Shown here: positions 52,719 to 63,749 of the stretch, piece by piece
How positions within the stretch are numbered: position 1 is the stretch's first letter
How the letters are laid out: every line of letters starts with the position of its first letter
Source: Candidatus Eiseniibacteriota bacterium
Lineage (GTDB): Bacteria; Eisenbacteria; RBG-16-71-46
Direction of reading: 5' to 3'
NCBI GenBank assembly: GCA_036507005.1
Contig: DASXQT010000070.1
Location: forward strand, 18,817-82,816
DNA: 64,000 bases
Position numbers and translations under genes: made by a program
Notes under the pieces: model-generated
The model's input: the letters and a program-made list of their open reading frames with translations, nothing else
Told to the model about the DNA's origin: nothing
Database searches by the model: none

Positions 52719-52870
52719 GCGCGCGGGGGCGCGGGGGGACAGGGTTTCGCGGCGCTCTCGCGACGCGCGGGAGGCAGGAGCCGGAGCGCGTCGCGAGGAG
52801 CGAGGCGGAGCCAGGGATGGCGGAGCCGAGCGGGCGGCGCGAAACCCTGTCCCCCCGCGCCCCCGCGCGC
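52719..52870. repeat. 152-bp palindromic element with perfect 33-bp terminal inverted repeats and a nested 12-bp inverted repeat
   Basis: GCGCGCGGGGGCGCGGGGGGACAGGGTTTCGCG (52719-52751) is the exact reverse complement of 52838-52870. An inner CTCGCGACGCGC / GCGCGTCGCGAG pair sits at about 52756 and 52786. The element lies between convergent moeA and nuoN. Confidence 0.85.
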
Positions 52871-52883
52871 CGGCCGCGGCGCG

Positions 52884-54356
52884 CTACAGCAGCCCGCGCA
52901 CCGACTCCTGGGCGGCGACCAGCAGCGCCTGGGCCTGGATGCCCCACCACAGCGTGATCGCGAGCGTCGCGAGCAGCGCCAGCGTGGAGGGCGCCGCCCA
53001 CGAGACCTCGACCGGCCCCGCCGCCGGCTCCTCGGTCATGTACATCGCGACCGTGACGCGCAGGTAGTAGAACACCGAGATCACGCTGTTGAGCACGCCC
53101 ACCACCACCAGCGGCAGCAGCCCGGCCTGGAGCGCGGCGCCGAAGACGTAGACCTTGCCCATGAAGCCCGCGGTCGGCGGGATCCCGCCGAGCGAGATCA
53201 TGAACACCGTCATCGCGAGCCCGAGCAGGGGCTGGCGGAACCCGAGCCCGGCGAGGTCGGCGAGCAGCACGCGCTCCTCCTGCCCGCGGCCCAGCAGGGC
53301 GAGGATGCCGAAGGCGCCGAGGTTCATGAACGAGTAGGCCGCGAGGTAGAAGAGCGCCGCGGAGTTGCCCTCGGTCCCGCCGGCGGCCACCGCCACCAGG
53401 ACGTACCCGGCGTGCGCGATGCTCGAGTAGGCCAGCATCCGCTTCACGTTGGTCTGGAGCAGGGCGGTCACGTTCCCCACCGTCATGGTGAGGATCGCGA
53501 CCCCGGTCAGGATCGGGCGCCAGTCCACGTCGATCCCGGGGAGCGCGCTCGCCGCGACCCGCAGCAGCGCCGCGAAGCCCGCCGCCTTGGCGCCGGCCGA
53601 CATGAACGCGGTGACCGAGGTGGGCGCGCCCTCGTAGGCGTCGGGGGTCCACATGTGGAACGGCACGGCCGCCACCTTGAACCCGAACCCGACCAGCACC
53701 AGCAGCGCCCCGACGATCAAGAGCGCGCTCCCCGCGAGCGGCGAGTCGGAGAGGAACTGGGCGATGGTGCGCAGGTTGGTGGAGCCGGTCGCGCCGTAGA
53801 GCAGGGCGATGCCGTAGAGCAGGAAGCCGCTCGCGAACGCGCCGAGCAGGAAGTACTTGAGCGCTGCCTCGTTCGACTCGAGCTGCGAGCGGCGGAAGCC
53901 GACCATCACGTAGAGCGCGAGCGACATCAGCTCGAGGCCCAGGAACACGGTGATCAGGTCGTTCGAGGCCGCCATCACCACCATGCCGAGCACGGCGCAC
54001 AGCAGGAGCGTGTAGTACTCGGCCCCCGGGAGCCGCAGCCGCTTCACGTAGTCCCAGGAGATGAGGACGCTGACGAGGCCGATGGCGCAGAACAGCAGGG
54101 TGAAGAACACCGTGAACCCGTCGTGCACGAACATGCCGCCGAAGATCGCGCGCCGCGCCTCCCGCACCCGCAGCACCGAGGCGGCGGCCGCGACCAGCGT
54201 GATCACCGTGACGGCCGCGGCGCGGTTCGCGGAGCCGCGCCCGGGGAGGAGCTCGAGGAGGAGCAGGAGCAGCGCGCCGGCGCTGAGCGCGATCACCGCG
54301 CCGAGCGCCCACCAGTCCACCGCGAGCAGGGCGGGCACGGCCGGCGGCGTCATCAT
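52884..54356 (-). CDS. nuoN: NADH-quinone oxidoreductase subunit N
   Basis: 490-aa polytopic antiporter-like subunit. The start overlaps the nuoM stop (ATGA). Its position is last in the nuo cluster. Confidence 0.9.
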   Translation of the reverse strand: MMTPPAVPALLAVDWWALGAVIALSAGALLLLLLELLPGRGSANRAAAVTVITLVAAAASVLRVREARRAIFGGMFVHDGFTVFFTLLFCAIGLVSVLISWDYVKRLRLPGAEYYTLLLCAVLGMVVMAASNDLITVFLGLELMSLALYVMVGFRRSQLESNEAALKYFLLGAFASGFLLYGIALLYGATGSTNLRTIAQFLSDSPLAGSALLIVGALLVLVGFGFKVAAVPFHMWTPDAYEGAPTSVTAFMSAGAKAAGFAALLRVAASALPGIDVDWRPILTGVAILTMTVGNVTALLQTNVKRMLAYSSIAHAGYVLVAVAAGGTEGNSAALFYLAAYSFMNLGAFGILALLGRGQEERVLLADLAGLGFRQPLLGLAMTVFMISLGGIPPTAGFMGKVYVFGAALQAGLLPLVVVGVLNSVISVFYYLRVTVAMYMTEEPAAGPVEVSWAAPSTLALLATLAITLWWGIQAQALLVAAQESVRGLL

Positions 54357-55987
54357 GGCGTCCGCTCCGTGGTGCTGCCGTCCGCGACGGTCGCCGCGCC
54401 CGCGCCGGGCGCCGGGGTCGGAGCGCCGGGTGCCGCCGCGGCGGGCGCTGCCGAGATTGCCGCCGCCGCCGGCCCGCCGGAGTGCATCGCGAGCCGCTGC
54501 TCGGCGATCGCGAGCGCGCGGTCGAGCGCGGGCTGCATGCGGTCGAGGAACGGCTGGGGGGCGACGCCCATCCACACGATGAGCACCAGGAGCGGCGCGA
54601 ACACCAGGCGCTCGCGGAGCGTGAGATCCGGGAGCTTCTCGTTCTCCGGGTGCGTGACCGGGCCGAACATCACGCGCTGGAACATCCACAGCATGTAGCA
54701 GGCCGAGAGGATCACGCCGGTCGCGGCGAACACCGCCCACACCGGGCGCGCGCGGAACGCGCCGACCAGCACCAGGAACTCGCCCACGAAGCCGTTGGTG
54801 CCGGGGAGCCCGATCGAGGAGAGCATCACCACCAGGAAGATCGCGGCGTAGACCGGGAGCGGCTTCCACAGGCCGCCGAAGTCCGCGATCATGCGGGTGT
54901 GGCGGCGCTCGTAGATCACCCCCACGAGCAGGAACAGCGCCCCGGTCGAGACCCCGTGGTTCAGCATGGTGAGCATCGCCCCGGCGAAGCCGGCCGGGTT
55001 CATGGCGTAGAGCCCCAGCATGCAGAAGCCGAGGTGGCTCACCGAGGAGTAGGCCACGAGCTTCTTCAGGTCGGGCTGCACCATCGCGACCAGCGCGCCG
55101 TAGACGATCCCGACGATCGCGAGCGCCGCGATCCACGGCCCGAGCGCGGCCGAGGCGACCGGGAAGAGCGGGATCGCGAAGCGCACGAAGCCGTAGGTCC
55201 CCATCTTGAGGAGGATCGCGGCCAGGATCACCGAGCCCGCGGTGGGCGCCTCGACGTGCGCGTCGGGGAGCCAGGTGTGGAACGGGAACATCGGCACCTT
55301 GATCGCGAACGCGAGCGCGAACGCGAGGAACAGCCAGGTCTGAGCCCCGGCCGGGATCGGCAGCGCGTAGAACGCGTCCAGCTCGAAGGTGGGCGTCCCG
55401 CTCACCGCCTTCTGGAGGAAGTAGAGCCACAGGATCCCGACCAGCATGAGCACGCTGCCCGCCATGGTGTAGAGGAAGAACTTGATCGCCGCGTAGATGC
55501 GGCGCGGTCCCCCCCACACGCCGATCAGCACGTACATCGGGATCAGCATCGCCTCCCAGAACACGTAGAACAGCAGGAGGTCGAGGCACAGGAAGGTCCC
55601 GATCATCCCGGTCTCGAGCGCCAGGATCACGGCGTAGAACTCGCGCGCGCGCTTCTCGACCGCACGGCTCGCGCTCAGCACCGCGACCGCGGTCAGGATC
55701 GTGGTGAGCAGGACGAGCAGCGCCGAGATCCCGTCCGCCCCCAGGTGGTAGCTGGCGCCCAGGGCGGGGAGCCACCGGAGCTTCTCCTCGAACTGCCAGC
55801 CCGGGTTCGCGGACTCGAGCCGCCACCAGAGCGGCAGGGAGAAGAGCACCTCGGCGAACACGACGGCGATCGCCCAGCGCCGGATCGCGCGCTCGGCGGT
55901 CGCGGGCAGCAGCACGATCAGCACCGCCGAGAGCAGCGGGAAGAACACCAGCCAGGAGAGCCAGGGGAACTCGCTCACGTCACCCAT
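54353..55987 (-). CDS. nuoM: NADH-quinone oxidoreductase subunit M
   Basis: 544-aa antiporter-like subunit with typical NuoM blocks (WLPDAHVEAPTAGSVILA). Confidence 0.9.
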   Translation of the reverse strand: MGDVSEFPWLSWLVFFPLLSAVLIVLLPATAERAIRRWAIAVVFAEVLFSLPLWWRLESANPGWQFEEKLRWLPALGASYHLGADGISALLVLLTTILTAVAVLSASRAVEKRAREFYAVILALETGMIGTFLCLDLLLFYVFWEAMLIPMYVLIGVWGGPRRIYAAIKFFLYTMAGSVLMLVGILWLYFLQKAVSGTPTFELDAFYALPIPAGAQTWLFLAFALAFAIKVPMFPFHTWLPDAHVEAPTAGSVILAAILLKMGTYGFVRFAIPLFPVASAALGPWIAALAIVGIVYGALVAMVQPDLKKLVAYSSVSHLGFCMLGLYAMNPAGFAGAMLTMLNHGVSTGALFLLVGVIYERRHTRMIADFGGLWKPLPVYAAIFLVVMLSSIGLPGTNGFVGEFLVLVGAFRARPVWAVFAATGVILSACYMLWMFQRVMFGPVTHPENEKLPDLTLRERLVFAPLLVLIVWMGVAPQPFLDRMQPALDRALAIAEQRLAMHSGGPAAAAISAAPAAAAPGAPTPAPGAGAATVADGSTTERTP

Positions 55988-57896
55988 GCCTCAGGAAGTG
56001 GAGCAGGAGCACCACGACGCCGAGCGTGAAGAACAGCGCGTAGGTCCCGACGAAGCCGGTCTGGAACAGGCGCAGCAGCGCCGAGGTTCCCTCCATCAGG
56101 TACGCGATCCCGTTCACCGCGCCGTCCACCACCTTCTCGTCCCAGAAGGTCCACAGCCGCTGGCTCAGGCTGTACACGGTGCGCACCACCGCGCGGTCGT
56201 AGAGCTCGTCCACCCAGTACTTGTGGACCAGGGTCGCGTAGAGGCGCGGCGCGGCGCGCTCGAGCGGCTCCGCGGTGCTCCTGCCGTAGAAGGCGAAGGC
56301 GAGCCCGAGGCCCGCCACCGCCACGGCGACCGAGGCCCCGACCAGCGCCCACTCGGCTCCGGCGGAGAGCGGGGCGTGCGCCGCCTCGCGCGCGCCCTCG
56401 AAGACCGGCGCGAGCCAGCGCGCGAACAGCGACTCGCCCTCCCGGAACGGCGCCCCGACCCCGATCCAGCCCCCGACGACGGAGAGCAGAGCGAGCACCG
56501 CGAGCGGGATCACCATGCTGGGCGGCGACTCGTGGAGGTGGTGCTCGGCCTCGGGGGTGAGGCGCGGCTCGCCCCGGAAGGCCAGCAGGTAGAGCCGGAA
56601 CATGTAGAAGCCGGTGAGTGCCGCCCCGACCAACCCCACCGCCCACACGCCGTAGTGTCCCGAGGCGAAGGCGTCGGCGAGGATCTCGTCCTTGCTGAAG
56701 AAGCCCGCGAAGGGCGGGAGCCCCGCGATCGCCACGGTCCCCGCCAGCATGGTGCGGTGCGTCCACGGCAGACGGCTCGCCAGCCCGCCCATGTAGCGCA
56801 GGTCCTGCTCGCCCGAGAGCGCGTGGATCACCGAGCCCGCGCCGAGGAAGAGCAGCGCCTTGAAGAAGGCGTGGGTCATGAGGTGGAACACGCCGGCGCC
56901 GAAGCCGCCCACGCCGCAGGCGAAGAACATGTAGCCGAGCTGGCTCACGGTGGAGTAGGCCAGCACGCGCTTGATGTCGTTCTGCACGAGCCCGATGGTC
57001 GCGGCGAAGAGCGCGGTCGCAGCGCCCACCACCGCCACGGTCTCGAGCGAGAGCGGGGCGAGCTGGAAGAGCACGTGGCAGCGCGCCACCATGTAGACGC
57101 CCGCGGTGACCATGGTGGCGGCGTGGATCAGCGCGGAGACCGGCGTGGGGCCCTCCATCGCGTCCGGGAGCCAGGTGTAGAGCGGGATCTGGGCGCTCTT
57201 GCCGGTGGCGCCGAGGAAGAGCAGCAGGGTCGCGGCGGTGACCCCGGCCGATCCGACCGCGAACACCAGGGGCGCCAGCGCGAACACCTGCTTGAACTCG
57301 AGGGTGCCGCACCACGCCAGGATCAGGAGCATGCCGAGGATGAATCCGAAGTCCCCGATCCGGTTCATGATGAACGCCTTCTTCCCCGCCTCGGCGGCCG
57401 CGGGGCGCTCGTACCAGAACCCGATCAGCAGGTAGGAGCACAGCCCCACGCCCTCCCAGCCCACGAACAGCAGCAGGAAGTTGTCCGCCAGCACCAGGGT
57501 GAGCATGGCCCACATGAAGAGGTTCAGGTAGAGGAAGAAGCGCCGGAACGAGGGGTCGTGGGCCATGTAGCCGACCGAGTAGACGTGGATCAGGAATCCC
57601 ACCCCGGTCACGACCAGCACCATCACGGCGGAGAGCGGATCGAGCAGGAACGAGACGTCCACGCGGAAGTCGCCGACCTGCATCCAGGTGTAGGCGTGCT
57701 CCACGATCGTGCGCTCCGCCGCCGGGCGCGAGGCGAGCTCGAGCACCGCGCGCACCGCGGCCGCGAACGCGAGCGCGACCGACCCGCACCCCAGCCAGGC
57801 CGTGCCCGCCTTGCGCAGGCGGTCACCCGCGAGCAGGTTGAGCGCCACCGCGCCGAGCGGGAGCGCGGGGATGATCCACAGCAGCGGCAGGCTCAC
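55980..57896 (-). CDS. nuoL: NADH-quinone oxidoreductase subunit L
   Basis: 638 aa with typical NuoL blocks (WLPDAMEGPTPVSALIHAATMV) and the long C-terminal extension. Confidence 0.9.
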   Translation of the reverse strand: MSLPLLWIIPALPLGAVALNLLAGDRLRKAGTAWLGCGSVALAFAAAVRAVLELASRPAAERTIVEHAYTWMQVGDFRVDVSFLLDPLSAVMVLVVTGVGFLIHVYSVGYMAHDPSFRRFFLYLNLFMWAMLTLVLADNFLLLFVGWEGVGLCSYLLIGFWYERPAAAEAGKKAFIMNRIGDFGFILGMLLILAWCGTLEFKQVFALAPLVFAVGSAGVTAATLLLFLGATGKSAQIPLYTWLPDAMEGPTPVSALIHAATMVTAGVYMVARCHVLFQLAPLSLETVAVVGAATALFAATIGLVQNDIKRVLAYSTVSQLGYMFFACGVGGFGAGVFHLMTHAFFKALLFLGAGSVIHALSGEQDLRYMGGLASRLPWTHRTMLAGTVAIAGLPPFAGFFSKDEILADAFASGHYGVWAVGLVGAALTGFYMFRLYLLAFRGEPRLTPEAEHHLHESPPSMVIPLAVLALLSVVGGWIGVGAPFREGESLFARWLAPVFEGAREAAHAPLSAGAEWALVGASVAVAVAGLGLAFAFYGRSTAEPLERAAPRLYATLVHKYWVDELYDRAVVRTVYSLSQRLWTFWDEKVVDGAVNGIAYLMEGTSALLRLFQTGFVGTYALFFTLGVVVLLLHFLRHG

Positions 57897-57903
57897 GTCG
57901 CGC

Positions 57904-58202
57904 TCATCCCTTGAGGAGGTTGATCTCGTCCACGAACACGGTCTCGCGCAGCCGGAACAGGTTCACGATGATCGCGAGCCCCACCGCCACCTCCGCGGCG
58001 GCCACCGTCATGACGAAGAACACGAACACCTGTCCGTCCAGCGAGCCCATCGAGCGCGCGAAGGCCACGAACGCCAGGTTCGCGGCGTTGAGCATCAGCT
58101 CGATGGACATGAAGATCACGAGCGCGTTGCGCCGCACCAGCACGCCCACCACGCCGAGCGTGAACACGACCGCGGAGACCCCGAGCGTCCAGGGCAGCGG
58201 GA

Positions 58203-58206
<4 letters not shown>
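57904..58206 (-). CDS. nuoK: NADH-quinone oxidoreductase subunit K
   Basis: 100 aa with three TM segments and the [13 protein letters not shown] motif. Confidence 0.9.
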
Positions 58207-58720
<514 letters not shown>

Positions 58721-58724
<4 letters not shown>

Positions 58725-59746
58725 CGCGACCCCACCCAGTACTCCCACGCCGAGGTGACCACGATGTTGGCGAGCGCGATCGGGAGCAGCACCTTCCAGC
58801 CGAAGTGCATGAGCTGGTCGTAGCGCAGGCGCGGGTAGGTCCACCGCACCCAGATGAAGAAGAACAGCAGCACGCCGAGCTTGGCGAAGAACCACACGAA
58901 CTTGAGCGGCTCCGGCAGCCACGGCCCGTTCCAGCCGCCGAGGAAGAGCGTGACCGCGATCGAGCAGATCGTGATCACGTTCGCGAACTCGCCCAGGAAG
59001 AACAGCCCGAACTTCATGCTCGAGTACTCGGTGTGGAACCCCGCCACCAGCTCGGCCTCCGCCTCCGGCAGGTCGAAGGGCGCGCGGTTGGTCTCGGCGA
59101 ACGCGGTGATCATGAAGATCACGAACGCGATCGGCTGCGCGAACACGAACCAGCGCGGCACCGGCAGAAACCAGAGGTGGAAGAAGCCGGACTGGGCGCG
59201 CACGATCTCCACCATCGAGAGCGACCCCGCGAGCAGCAGCACGCCGATGGTCGAGAGCCCCATCGCCAGCTCGTAGGAGATCATCTGGGCCGCCGACCGC
59301 AGGCCGCCGAGCAGGGCGTACTTGTTGTTCGACGACCAGCCCGCCAGCGTGATCGAGTAGACGCCCAGGCTCGACATGGCGAGGAACAGCAGCAGGCCGA
59401 CGTTGAGGTCGGTGACCAGGAACGCGGGCCCGATCGGGACCACCGCGAACGACACCAGGGCCGGCACCACCGCCAGCACCGGCGCGAGGTGGAAGACCAC
59501 CGTGCTCGCGCCGGCCGGCATGAACTCCTCCTTGAAGAAGAGCTTCATCACGTCGGCGATCGGCTGGAGGAGCCCGAGCGGGCCCACGCGGTTGGGCCCG
59601 GTGCGCGCCTGCATGTGGCCGGCGATCTTGCGCTCGGCATAGATCATGTAGGAGACCATGCCCAGCATCCCGTTCAGGATCACGGTGATCTTGACCACCG
59701 TCCAGAACACGAACTGGAAGTCCGGGTGGGACCAGATCGCGGCCAT
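58721..59746 (-). CDS. nuoH: NADH-quinone oxidoreductase subunit H
   Basis: 341 aa. AERKIAGHMQARTGPNRVGP and AETNRAPFDLPEAEAELVAGFHTEYS are typical of NuoH. Confidence 0.9.
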
Positions 59747-59751
59747 GGCTC

Positions 59752-62439
59752 CTAGCGCTCCACCCTTTCGGCCTCCGCCGCCTTGCGGGCGCGGACCCGG
59801 AGCCCTGCGCCCGCGGGCGAGCCCAGGCGGTTGAGCTCGACGCCGGGGAACGCGTAGGGCACGAACACCGAGCCCGGCGGGACCGCGTCGTCGATCGACG
59901 CGGGCAGCTCGAGCGCTCCCGTCGGGCCCGCGAGCTCGAGGGCCTCACCCTCGCCCACGCCGAGGCGCCGCGCCTCGCCCGGGTTCAGGAACGCGCGCCC
60001 GGGCTTGGCGAGCCGCGGCAGCAGCTCGGTGCGGTGCGAGAGGCTGCCCTGGAGGAAGAGCGTCCCGCCCGAGAGCAGCCACAGCCCGTCGGCCGGCCCG
60101 GCGGCCGGGCGCAGGTCTTCGGCCGGGGCGAGCGCGCCGCCCACCGGAGCCTCGCGCGACCACTGGGGCCCGAGCGGCAGCAGCGTGGCCCAGCTCGTGC
60201 CCGCGAAGCCAGGTGCCAGGCGCGCGATCTCGCGGTACACGTCCTCGGGGCCGCGGTGGCTCCACGAGGCGCCGAGGGCGCGCGCCACGGCGGTGAAGAT
60301 CTCGGCGTCGCTGCGCGCCCCGCGCCGGGGCGCGAGCGCCCGCGCGGCGCGCTGGATGCGGCGCTCGCAGTTGACCGTGGTCCCCTCCTTCTCGGCGAAG
60401 GCGGCGGCCGCGAACACGACGTGCGCGTGGCGCGCGGTGTCGGTGAGGAACAGGTCGTTCACGATCACGAGCTCGGCCCGCTCCAGCGCGCGCTCGGCGA
60501 GCGCGCGGTCGGGGGCGCTCCGGAGCCAGTGGTCACCCGCGATCCACAGCGCGCGGACCCTCCCCTCGGCCGCCGCGGCCAGGATCTCGGGCGCGGTCAT
60601 GCCGGCCACGCGGTTCAAGCTCTTCCCCCACTGCTGCTCGAACGGCCGGCGCGCGTCCGGGTCCGCGACCGGGACGTATCCCGGCAGCCGGTCGGGCACG
60701 AGGCCCATGTCGAGCGCGCCCTGGCTGTTGTGGTGGGGCCCCAGGTACATCACGCGCGAGCCGTCTGAGCGCAGCGCGCCGCTCACCCACCCCAGGTTGC
60801 CGATCGCGAGGAGGAGCGCTACCGCCTTGGGGTGCTCGGCCACCCCGCGGCCGAAGAGCACCGCCTTCCGCCCCGCCGCGCGCAGCCGCGTCGCCGCCGC
60901 GCGCAGCGCCTCCGCCGGCACGCCGCTCTCCTCTGCCGCGCGCTCCACCGTCCAGGCCGCGAGCGCGCCCTTCAGGCCCGGCAGCCCGGCCGCGATCTCG
61001 CGCGGCAGATCGGGCGGGTCGCCGGCATCGAGCGCGGCGCGCGTGAGCCCGTGGAGGAGCGCGAGCTCGCCCCCGGGCTTGACGCCCAGCCACTCGCCGC
61101 GGAACTTGGGGCGCGCGAGCTTCACCCGCCGCGCGTGCGCGACGGTGAGGTGGACGCCGAGCTGGTGCTGGCCGCGGATCAGCGCCGCCTGGGCGAGCGG
61201 CGCCTCGCCCTGCAGGTCCTCGAGCAGGACCAGCACCTCCTCGGCGCGCTCCAGGTCGCTGAAGGAGAGCGCCGGGCGGCCCCCGCCCGTGGCCTCGAGC
61301 AGCGCGGCGCCGGGAACGGGCGAGACGAAGCGCGTGCGCGCGTCCACGTGGTTCGTGCCGATCACGCCGCGCGCCAGTTTCTGGAACAGGTACTGCTCCT
61401 CGAGGTAGAGCTTCTCGCCCCCCAGGAACGCGACCGCCTCCGGGCCGTGGGTGGCGGCGATCGACTCGAGCCGCGCCGCGGCGAAGGCCACCGCCTCGTC
61501 GAAGCTCGCGGGCGTGTGCGCGCCGCCGGCGCGCAGCAGCGGCCGCGAGAGCCGCTCCTCGCGATTCACGAACTCGTAGCCGAAGCGCCCGCGCACGCAC
61601 AGGTACTCCTGGTTCACGCCGCGGTACTCGGTGCCGCGCGCGCGCAGGATCTCCGCGCCGCGCACGCCGAGCCGCACGCTGCAGCCGTTCGAGCACCACG
61701 GGCAGATCGTGACGTGCTGGCGCAGGTCCCAGGGCCGCGCCTGGAAGCGGTAGGGCAGCGCGGTGAGCGCCCCGACCGGGCAGACCTCGATGCAGTTGCC
61801 GCACTGCTCGCAGTCGAGCGGGCGGCGGTCGAACGAGGAGATCTCGGTGCGCACGCCGCGCTGGTGCGCGGTCAGCGCGTCGTCGCCCATGATCTCGTCG
61901 CAGTAGCGCACGCAGCGCATGCACACGATGCAGCGGTTGGCCTCCTTCTTCACCACCGGCCCCAGATCCTCGGAGACGAACGTGCGCTTGGCCTCGTCCA
62001 TTCGCGAGAAGTCGGCGCCGAAGGCGAAGGCCAGGTCCTGGAGCTGGCACTCGCCGCCCTCGTCGCACACCGGGCAGTCGAGCGGGTGGTTGACGAGCAG
62101 GAACTCCATGACGCCCTTGCGCGCCTTGACCGCCCCCGGCGACTCGGTCGCGACCACCATGCCCTCGGCGACCGTGGTGGTGCACCCGGTCTGGGGCTTC
62201 GGCATCCACGCGATCTCGGGCGCGCCGTCGGCGCCCAAGACCGGCTTCCCCTCGCGATCGCGCTTCGGCATCCCGATCTCGACCACGCAGATCCGGCAGG
62301 CGCCGAGCGGCGGGAGCTTCTGGTGCGAGCAGAAGATCGGGACGTGCACCTCCGCCATGCGCGCGGCGTCGGTGACCAGCGTGCCGGCCGGGACGGCGAG
62401 CGTGCGGCCGTTGATCGTGACGCGCACCGAGCCGCTCAT
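59752..62439 (-). CDS. nuoG: NADH-quinone oxidoreductase subunit G
   Basis: 895 aa. N-terminal 2Fe-2S and 4Fe-4S cysteine clusters (CSHQKLPPLGACRIC, CPVCDEGGEC, CIVCMRCVRYC, CEQCGNCIEVCPVGA), then a molybdopterin-oxidoreductase-like domain. Confidence 0.9.
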   Translation of the reverse strand: MSGSVRVTINGRTLAVPAGTLVTDAARMAEVHVPIFCSHQKLPPLGACRICVVEIGMPKRDREGKPVLGADGAPEIAWMPKPQTGCTTTVAEGMVVATESPGAVKARKGVMEFLLVNHPLDCPVCDEGGECQLQDLAFAFGADFSRMDEAKRTFVSEDLGPVVKKEANRCIVCMRCVRYCDEIMGDDALTAHQRGVRTEISSFDRRPLDCEQCGNCIEVCPVGALTALPYRFQARPWDLRQHVTICPWCSNGCSVRLGVRGAEILRARGTEYRGVNQEYLCVRGRFGYEFVNREERLSRPLLRAGGAHTPASFDEAVAFAAARLESIAATHGPEAVAFLGGEKLYLEEQYLFQKLARGVIGTNHVDARTRFVSPVPGAALLEATGGGRPALSFSDLERAEEVLVLLEDLQGEAPLAQAALIRGQHQLGVHLTVAHARRVKLARPKFRGEWLGVKPGGELALLHGLTRAALDAGDPPDLPREIAAGLPGLKGALAAWTVERAAEESGVPAEALRAAATRLRAAGRKAVLFGRGVAEHPKAVALLLAIGNLGWVSGALRSDGSRVMYLGPHHNSQGALDMGLVPDRLPGYVPVADPDARRPFEQQWGKSLNRVAGMTAPEILAAAAEGRVRALWIAGDHWLRSAPDRALAERALERAELVIVNDLFLTDTARHAHVVFAAAAFAEKEGTTVNCERRIQRAARALAPRRGARSDAEIFTAVARALGASWSHRGPEDVYREIARLAPGFAGTSWATLLPLGPQWSREAPVGGALAPAEDLRPAAGPADGLWLLSGGTLFLQGSLSHRTELLPRLAKPGRAFLNPGEARRLGVGEGEALELAGPTGALELPASIDDAVPPGSVFVPYAFPGVELNRLGSPAGAGLRVRARKAAEAERVER

Positions 62440-63749
62440 GCCGGGACCGCCTCCGCCTGGCGCTCGGTCAGCCCCGGCGCGCGCCGGTTCACCAGGCAGC
62501 GGCGCTCGCGCACGTGGAACTCGAACTCGTCGCGGAAGTGCTGGATCGCGCCCAGCACCGGCATGGCCGCGGCGTCCCCGAGCGCGCAGAACGACTTGCC
62601 CAGGATGTTGTCCGAGACGTCGCTCAACAGGTCGATGTCGCTCTCCCGGCCCTCGCCGCGCTCGAGCCGCTCGAACACCTCGCTCATCCAGTAGGTGCCC
62701 TCGCGGCACGGGGTGCACTTGCCGCAGGACTCGTGCTCGTAGAAGCGCGTGATGTTCCAGAGCGCGTCCACGATGCAGGTCTGGTCGTCGATCACGATCA
62801 CGCCGCCCGACCCGAGCAGGGTGCCGGCCGCGACCATGGACTCGAAGTCGAGCCCGGTCGAGAGCTTCGAGGCCGGAAGCAGGGGCACCGAGGAGCCGCC
62901 CGGGATCACGGCCTTGATCGCCATGCCCCCCAGCAGGCCGCCGCAGTGCTCCTCGATCAGGGTCGAGAGCGGGAGCCCCATCGGCACCTCGTAGTTCCCC
63001 GGCTTCCGCACCGGGCCCGAGACGCTCAGGATCTTGGTGCCCGGGCTCTTCTCGGTGCCCCACTGCCGGAACCACGGCGCGCCGTTCTTCAAGATCGGCG
63101 GCACGTTCATCAGGGTCTCGACGTTGTTCACCACGGTCGGGCAGGCGTAGAGCCCCTCCACCGCCGGGAACGGAGGCTTCAGGCGCGGCTGGCCGCGGTA
63201 GCCCTCGAGCGAGGAGAGGAGCGCGGTCTCCTCGCCGCAGATGTAGGCGCCGGCGCCGAGGTGGGTGTGGATCTCGAGCGCGAAGCCCCGGCCCGCCACC
63301 GCGGGGCCGAGGAATCCCGCCGCCCGCGCCTCGGCGATCGCGCGGTCGAGGATCTGCTGGATGTACTCGAACTCGCCGCGCAGGTAGATGTAGCCGACGT
63401 GGGCCTGGATCGCCCACGCGGCGAGGATCATGCCCTCGAGGAGCAGATGGGGGTTCTTCTCCATCAGCTCGCGGTCCTTGAAGGTGCCGGGCTCGCTCTC
63501 GTCGGCGTTGCACACCAGGTAGCGGGGCTTGGGCGAGTCCTTGGGCACGAAGCCCCACTTGAGCCCGGTCGGGAATCCCGCGCCGCCGCGGCCGCGGAGC
63601 CCCGAGGCCTTCACCACGTCGATGCATTCTCCCGGCGGCTTCACGCCCACCATCGCCGATGCGGCCTCGTAGCCGCCGCCCTTGCGGTAGGTCTCGATCG
63701 AGGCGAGCCCCGGGGTGTCGATGTCGCTGAAGAGCAGCGGCCCCCTCAC
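62436..63749 (-). CDS. nuoF: NADH-quinone oxidoreductase subunit F
   Basis: GLRGRGGAGFPTGLKW, the NADESEPGTFKDR FMN/NADH site and the C-terminal ESCGKCTPCREG cluster. The GTG start at 63749 overlaps the nuoE stop (GTGA). Confidence 0.9.
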   Translation of the reverse strand: MRGPLLFSDIDTPGLASIETYRKGGGYEAASAMVGVKPPGECIDVVKASGLRGRGGAGFPTGLKWGFVPKDSPKPRYLVCNADESEPGTFKDRELMEKNPHLLLEGMILAAWAIQAHVGYIYLRGEFEYIQQILDRAIAEARAAGFLGPAVAGRGFALEIHTHLGAGAYICGEETALLSSLEGYRGQPRLKPPFPAVEGLYACPTVVNNVETLMNVPPILKNGAPWFRQWGTEKSPGTKILSVSGPVRKPGNYEVPMGLPLSTLIEEHCGGLLGGMAIKAVIPGGSSVPLLPASKLSTGLDFESMVAAGTLLGSGGVIVIDDQTCIVDALWNITRFYEHESCGKCTPCREGTYWMSEVFERLERGEGRESDIDLLSDVSDNILGKSFCALGDAAAMPVLGAIQHFRDEFEFHVRERRCLVNRRAPGLTERQAEAVPA

